Shown here piece after piece: positions 59,715-64,000 of a DNA stretch of 64,000 bases. Every line of letters begins with the position of its first letter. Positions within the stretch are counted from its first letter, which is position 1. Location: the NCBI GenBank assembly GCA_937961055.1, contig CALCIN010000025.1, forward strand, positions 72,058 through 136,057, in the 5' to 3' direction. The notes under the pieces are model-generated. The model was given only the letters and a program-made list of their open reading frames with translations. It searched no databases and was not told where the DNA came from. Origin of the DNA: an uncultured Chitinophagaceae bacterium (GTDB taxonomy: Bacteria > Bacteroidota > Bacteroidia > Chitinophagales > Chitinophagaceae). The position numbers and the translations under genes were made by a program.

Positions 59715-61508
59715 ATGAGAATTCTATTGAAATATCTGAAGCCATATAAATGGCTGGTAGTGTTAACCTTGTTACTGGCTACCATTAACCAGGGCTTTTC
59801 CCTGCTCGACCCGATCATTTTTGGCAACCTGGTTGACCTTGCCAACCGGTACATCAATGGGGGTAAGCAAATGACCCTGGACCAGTTCATGTTTTCTTTC
59901 ACCAGGCCCTGGGGCGTAATAGCGTTGTTGCTCGCTTCCATAGGGGTGGCCATGGTCAGCCGTATTGCCAAAAACTTCCAGGATTATTTCCTGAATGTGA
60001 TTGTGCAGAAGTTCGGCGCCAAAGTGTTTACGGATGGATTGAAACACGCCATGAAACTGCCGTACCAGGAGTTTGAAGACCAGCGCAGCGGTGAAACGCT
60101 TTCCGTACTTACCAAAGTAAGAAGCGATACGGAACGGTTCATGCATTACTTCATCAACATTCTGTTTGGCGTACTGGTAGGCGTGGTAGTGGTGATGGTA
60201 TATGCTTCGTGGAAAATTCACTGGTCGGTGCCGATAGCGTATTTCTTTGGCATCTTTCTCATTACTGCCATCACCAATTTCCTGAGCGGGAAAATCAAAA
60301 CCATACAGAAGAATATTGTAAAACAAACCACTGCACTGGCCGGCAGCACTACCGAATCGCTGCGCAATATTGAGCTGGTAAAAAGCCTGGGCCTTACCCA
60401 ACAGGAAGTGGAGCGGCTCAACAAGAATACCTATAAGATCCTGGGCATGGAACTCACCAAGGTGAAACGTATCCGCAGTATCAGTTTTGTGCAGGGAACT
60501 TTTGTGAATACGCTCCGGCAGGTAATCCTGTTTATCCTGATGTGGCTCATCTTCGACGGACAGATGTCGCCGGGACAGCTCGTTACCATGCAGATTTATT
60601 CCTTCTTTGTGTTTGGTCCTTTGCAGGAAATTGGCAATATCATTCTCTCCTACCGCGAAGCAGAAGCATCGCTCAACAATTTTCATAACCTGATGAACAA
60701 GCAGCCGGAACCGCAGCCGCTTAATCCACAGCCGCTGGGCCAGGTAGAAACGCTTGAATTCAGGTCAGTTGGTTTTAAACACCAGACGGCACAACAACGC
60801 GCCATTGATGACATCAGCTTTACGGTGAAAACAGGCGAAACGATCGCTTTTGTAGGCCCTTCCGGGTCAGGTAAAACAACCTTGATGAAATTGCTGGTAG
60901 GCTTATATCGTCCACAACAAGGCAAAATATTGTATAACGGTATTGATGAAAATTCTATTCATTTCGACGATCTCCGCAACCAGATTGGTTTTGTTACCCA
61001 GGACACGCAACTCTTTTCAGGCACCATCCGCGAAAACCTGATGTTCGTGAATCCTTCGGCTACGGAAGAAGAACTGATGGACGCATTGAAGAAAGCATCC
61101 TGCACCAACCTGCTGGCGCGTGCAGAAAAAGGACTTGACACCATGATCGGCGAAGGCGGACTGAAATTGTCCGGCGGTGAAAAACAACGGCTTTCCATTG
61201 CCCGTGCGTTATTGCGCAAACCGCGCATACTGATCTTCGACGAAGCCACTTCCGCACTGGATAGCATAACCGAAGAAGAAGTCACCAATACCATTCGCGA
61301 AGTTTCTTCGCAGCGCAACCAGATAACCATTCTCATTGCGCACCGCCTGTCTACCATTATGCATGCGGACCGCATTTACGTGCTCGAAAAAGGCGAGATC
61401 ATTGAAACCGGCGCTCACGAAACACTGCTGGAAGAAAAAGGCTTGTACTATGCCATGTGGCGCCAGCAGATTGGCGAAAGGAAGAAGGTGGCAAAATTGA
61501 CCGCGTAG
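59715..61508 (+). CDS. ABC transporter permease/ATPase fusion (MsbA/type I exporter-like)
   Basis: 6-TM domain plus Walker A GPSGSGKTT, signature LSGGEKQR and Walker B ILIFDEATSALD. Confidence 0.9.
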   Translation: MRILLKYLKPYKWLVVLTLLLATINQGFSLLDPIIFGNLVDLANRYINGGKQMTLDQFMFSFTRPWGVIALLLASIGVAMVSRIAKNFQDYFLNVIVQKFGAKVFTDGLKHAMKLPYQEFEDQRSGETLSVLTKVRSDTERFMHYFINILFGVLVGVVVVMVYASWKIHWSVPIAYFFGIFLITAITNFLSGKIKTIQKNIVKQTTALAGSTTESLRNIELVKSLGLTQQEVERLNKNTYKILGMELTKVKRIRSISFVQGTFVNTLRQVILFILMWLIFDGQMSPGQLVTMQIYSFFVFGPLQEIGNIILSYREAEASLNNFHNLMNKQPEPQPLNPQPLGQVETLEFRSVGFKHQTAQQRAIDDISFTVKTGETIAFVGPSGSGKTTLMKLLVGLYRPQQGKILYNGIDENSIHFDDLRNQIGFVTQDTQLFSGTIRENLMFVNPSATEEELMDALKKASCTNLLARAEKGLDTMIGEGGLKLSGGEKQRLSIARALLRKPRILIFDEATSALDSITEEEVTNTIREVSSQRNQITILIAHRLSTIMHADRIYVLEKGEIIETGAHETLLEEKGLYYAMWRQQIGERKKVAKLTA

Positions 61509-61711
61509 GCATTGCCCGGTTAAACATAAAACAGTGTAAAATAAATAATGGCTTCACTCACCATGCAGTGAAGCCATTTCTATATCACCAGGATAATAGC
61601 CTTATGCGGGTTTTTAAATTTTGGCAAAATATTCCCTTTACGTGCTTTTTGTCACTTTTAATTATTTCAAATACGCATAGCTTTGCACCTTCATCTTTAT
61701 AAGCAAGTAAA

Positions 61712-62173
61712 ATGGCAAAGAAAGCACCTGCACCGAATTACCTGTGGAGCATGCTGACAATGAAATGCCCACGTTGCCGGCGCGGGCCTATGTTTACGCA
61801 TAGTAACCCATGGAACCTGAAGAAAGTGTTCAGTATGCCGGAAACCTGCCAGGAATGCGGTCAACCCTATGAACTGGAAGTAGGCTTCTGGTATGGAACC
61901 GGCTATGTAAGCTATGCCCTGTCCGTTGCCCTGTCTGTTGCAAGTTTTGTAGCATGGTATGTGCTCATTGGCATGTCCGTGCAAGACAACCGTTTTTTCT
62001 GGTGGCTCGGCCTCAATGCCGCGCTGCTGGTCATGCTGCAACCCTGGCTGATGCGACTGAGTCGCGTTATTTATTTATACTTCTTTGTTCGCTACGATCC
62101 CGACTACAAAAACACCCAGGTAAAGAAATTCGATTACGACTCGGAATCCTATTACCGCAACAAAGAGCAATGA
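61712..62173 (+). CDS. DUF983-family membrane protein with an N-terminal CxxC…CxxC zinc-ribbon
   Basis: CPRCRRG…CQECG followed by TM helices. Confidence 0.6.
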   Translation: MAKKAPAPNYLWSMLTMKCPRCRRGPMFTHSNPWNLKKVFSMPETCQECGQPYELEVGFWYGTGYVSYALSVALSVASFVAWYVLIGMSVQDNRFFWWLGLNAALLVMLQPWLMRLSRVIYLYFFVRYDPDYKNTQVKKFDYDSESYYRNKEQ

Positions 62174-62185
62174 TGCGCGTGCCTC

Positions 62186-62632
62186 CTAACTCCCTTTATC
62201 GTCCCGGGGACGCAGCATCTCGAACAGGTTGCCGCGGGTGATTTCTTCCATATCACTTAAGGCCAGTTCCAGCGCACGCATACTGAAAGTGATCTCCACC
62301 AGCGACAACACCAGGCTAACGATAAAAGCAAGAATGCTGATGGCAAAAATGACATAGGCCGCATCGTTCCATCCCCGGAAAATGCAGTACATGCATATCA
62401 CACAAAACAAAAAACTTAACACGCCAAATGCCTGCATCGACCGGATCAGCCGGATACGCACCCGCAGGTTTCGGATCTGGTCTACAATATGTGCTTCTTT
62501 GGGATCCTTCTTGTATTTATCGTGCAGGTTGCGGATAAGACTGGCCATTGCCAGGAACCGGTTGGTATAGGCCAACATCAACAGCGAGATGGCAGGAAAC
62601 AGCAGGGCCGGTGTGGTGATACTTAGTTCCAT
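62186..62632 (-). CDS. DUF2721-family membrane protein
   Basis: 148 aa with 3 TM segments; resembles the conserved DUF2721 layout. Confidence 0.55.
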   Translation of the reverse strand: MELSITTPALLFPAISLLMLAYTNRFLAMASLIRNLHDKYKKDPKEAHIVDQIRNLRVRIRLIRSMQAFGVLSFLFCVICMYCIFRGWNDAAYVIFAISILAFIVSLVLSLVEITFSMRALELALSDMEEITRGNLFEMLRPRDDKGS

Positions 62633-62740
62633 GAACGGGTGTGTTTTGAATTGGCTGAAAAGATAAGGCTATGGTATGCAATATCCTCAACTGTTTGCAA
62701 ACAACCATCATGCCGCTTACCACGCCATTGTATGCATAGC

Positions 62741-62767
62741 AAAAAAAGAGCTCCGCAATTGCGGAGC
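62741..62767 (-). terminator. Rho-independent terminator for the minus-strand receptor gene (gctccgc-aatt-gcggagc followed by T7 on the minus strand)
   Basis: Inverted repeat preceded by aaaaaaa on the + strand, i.e. a U-run after the hairpin on the minus transcript. Confidence 0.7.
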
Positions 62768-62874
62768 CCCTCAGTCCTATGAAGATGGGTTAGTAAGACC
62801 CACTATTTAACGTTAAATAATTGCTCTTAGTATGCTTGTTGCCTTGAGCAGCATTATCCTTCCCCGCTGGCCAC

Positions 62875-64000
62875 TCATAATCTGAAACTCAACGGCACAT
62901 TAATCTTGAAACTGAAATTCCTCCCGGCATTGAATACCCCGGCACGGTTCGTAACCGGGTTGATGGCCGTGTATTTCAAACGGCTTAAATGACTTTGCCA
63001 GGCAACATCGCCAATGTTCATCACGGTAAAATACAGGCTGAACAGCGTAGCCGACTTACCCATGATATCGGCACTGATACCTGCATTGAACAGGGTATAG
63101 CTGTCCGTGGGCGTCTCCGTATCGTAACCGGTAAAGGCATTGTCCTGTTGAAAATTGTGCTCGGCCTGCAACTTTACCGAAAGATTACGCACCCGCCTGC
63201 CCTGCTCCAGGAAATCGCCGCGTAATTCCGATACCAGCCTGGCCGCCGGAATCAATGGCATGTTACGGGTACCTTCCAACGCTTCCTTAAACCGGCCATT
63301 CACCAGGCTGAACGTATTTTCAACATGCAGCCAGTCTAACGGATGCGGATGGATGTCTACCACCAGCTCCAACCCCGCCAACCTTGCTTTGCGCTGATCA
63401 AAGCGAAAAGCGGGAATGAGTTCGCCATCCACCGCTACCAGCGAATCACCGCCATTGCCGCTTTCCAGTTTATGGTAGAAAATAAAATTGTCGATGTTGT
63501 TGTAAAACAAACTGAACCCGGCAGAAATATGATCGCTGTTAAAATCTACACCCAGGTCGGCCTGCAGGCTGCTTTCCGATTTCAGGTCGTGCCTGCCATA
63601 CTCATAACGGTTAGTGCCTTCATGCGTACCATTGGAAGACAACTCTGGAATATTGGGCGCGCGAAAGCCTCTCGCCAGGTTGATTTTACCGGTAAGTCCG
63701 CGTGCAAACTGGTGCGTCAACCCGATGCTGCCTGAAAAATTGGAGAATTGTTTGTCGAGCCCTACAAACTTGATGTCGTTGTCTTCTTCCAGTTGGCGGG
63801 TGTTCACATGGCGCGAATCGAAACGAACACCGCCGCTCAACGTGGTTGCTTCCCATTGCTTGCGGGCATAGGTAAATACCCCAATATCGAACAAATCATA
63901 TTCCGGTATCAGTACTTCTTCGCCTTTGTTTTTATTGGTTTGAAACATACCGCCCCCGCCAAACGACAGTTGCCAGCTATTCGTTTCTTTCAGGTGATAC
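62875..64000 (-). CDS. TonB-dependent outer-membrane receptor, C-terminal beta-barrel portion (gene continues beyond the window end)
   Basis: Alternating amphipathic beta-strands and a terminal aromatic …NVPLSFRL; the frame stays open to the window edge. Confidence 0.7.
   Translation of the reverse strand, partial: YHLKETNSWQLSFGGGGMFQTNKNKGEEVLIPEYDLFDIGVFTYARKQWEATTLSGGVRFDSRHVNTRQLEEDNDIKFVGLDKQFSNFSGSIGLTHQFARGLTGKINLARGFRAPNIPELSSNGTHEGTNRYEYGRHDLKSESSLQADLGVDFNSDHISAGFSLFYNNIDNFIFYHKLESGNGGDSLVAVDGELIPAFRFDQRKARLAGLELVVDIHPHPLDWLHVENTFSLVNGRFKEALEGTRNMPLIPAARLVSELRGDFLEQGRRVRNLSVKLQAEHNFQQDNAFTGYDTETPTDSYTLFNAGISADIMGKSATLFSLYFTVMNIGDVAWQSHLSRLKYTAINPVTNRAGVFNAGRNFSFKINVPLSFRL

Noticed and set aside
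59772-60686. 304-aa ORF antisense to the ABC transporter gene
   Set aside because: The ABC transporter has Walker A/B and signature motifs; the antisense ORF has none
1-64000. CRISPR arrays, tRNA/rRNA genes, IS elements or integrases
   Set aside because: No regularly spaced identical direct repeats, no T-loop-like GGTTCGA(A/T)TCC motifs in the intergenic spacers I scanned, and no transposase or integrase-like ORFs. The only tandem repeats are coding (lipoyl domains, T9SS repeats) or the degenerate 19-mer array reported above.

Overview
The window reads as a chromosomal segment from a Bacteroidota genome, probably Chitinophagaceae-like. Supporting this: several proteins carry SpII-type lipoprotein signals, one has a type IX secretion C-terminal sorting domain, the efflux operon has the tetR-tolC-mfp-rnd order, and no Shine-Dalgarno sequences are evident. 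Coding density is high and nearly every large ORF has a recognisable family. No rRNA, tRNA, CRISPR array, transposase or integrase was found.

Housekeeping blocks:
- iscS-iscA (Fe-S cluster assembly), methylmalonyl-CoA epimerase, and the classic acpP-fabF-rnc cluster.
- yifB/comM, an M1 aminopeptidase, a MutS-domain protein, and dihydroorotase.
- A tetR-tolC-mfp-rnd efflux operon.
- dnaX and a dihydrolipoamide acyltransferase (E2) with a duplicated lipoyl domain.
- An NfeD-flotillin pair.

Two accessory regions stand out:
1. A compact, co-directional five-gene cluster at 32.8-38.2 kb: UbiA-family prenyltransferase, type III polyketide synthase, SAM-dependent methyltransferase, geranylgeranyl-reductase-family flavoprotein, and a signal-peptide-bearing outer-membrane protein. 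It resembles the srs/ars/hid alkylresorcinol-alkylquinone (phenolic lipid) pathways, but adds a prenyltransferase and a prenyl reductase. This points to a prenylated phenolic lipid with a tocopherol- or quinone-like logic, and is my best candidate for an undescribed system.
2. A ~19 kb surface polysaccharide locus at 42.7-61.5 kb. It has an initiating sugar transferase, two Wzy/WaaL-like membrane proteins, Wzx, Wzz, five glycosyltransferases, an epimerase, AsnB, a methyltransferase, a deacetylase-like protein and an MsbA-like ABC exporter.

Other items worth a look: a 1153-aa type IX secretion substrate with about ten tandem repeats, a degenerate ~60-bp tandem repeat array in the intergenic region 11.74-12.02 kb, a purine-skewed TGCAGG-rich spacer downstream of rnc, and a MarR regulator with a C-terminal Cys cluster. 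All calls rest on reading the translated ORFs and the DNA by eye; no searches were run.
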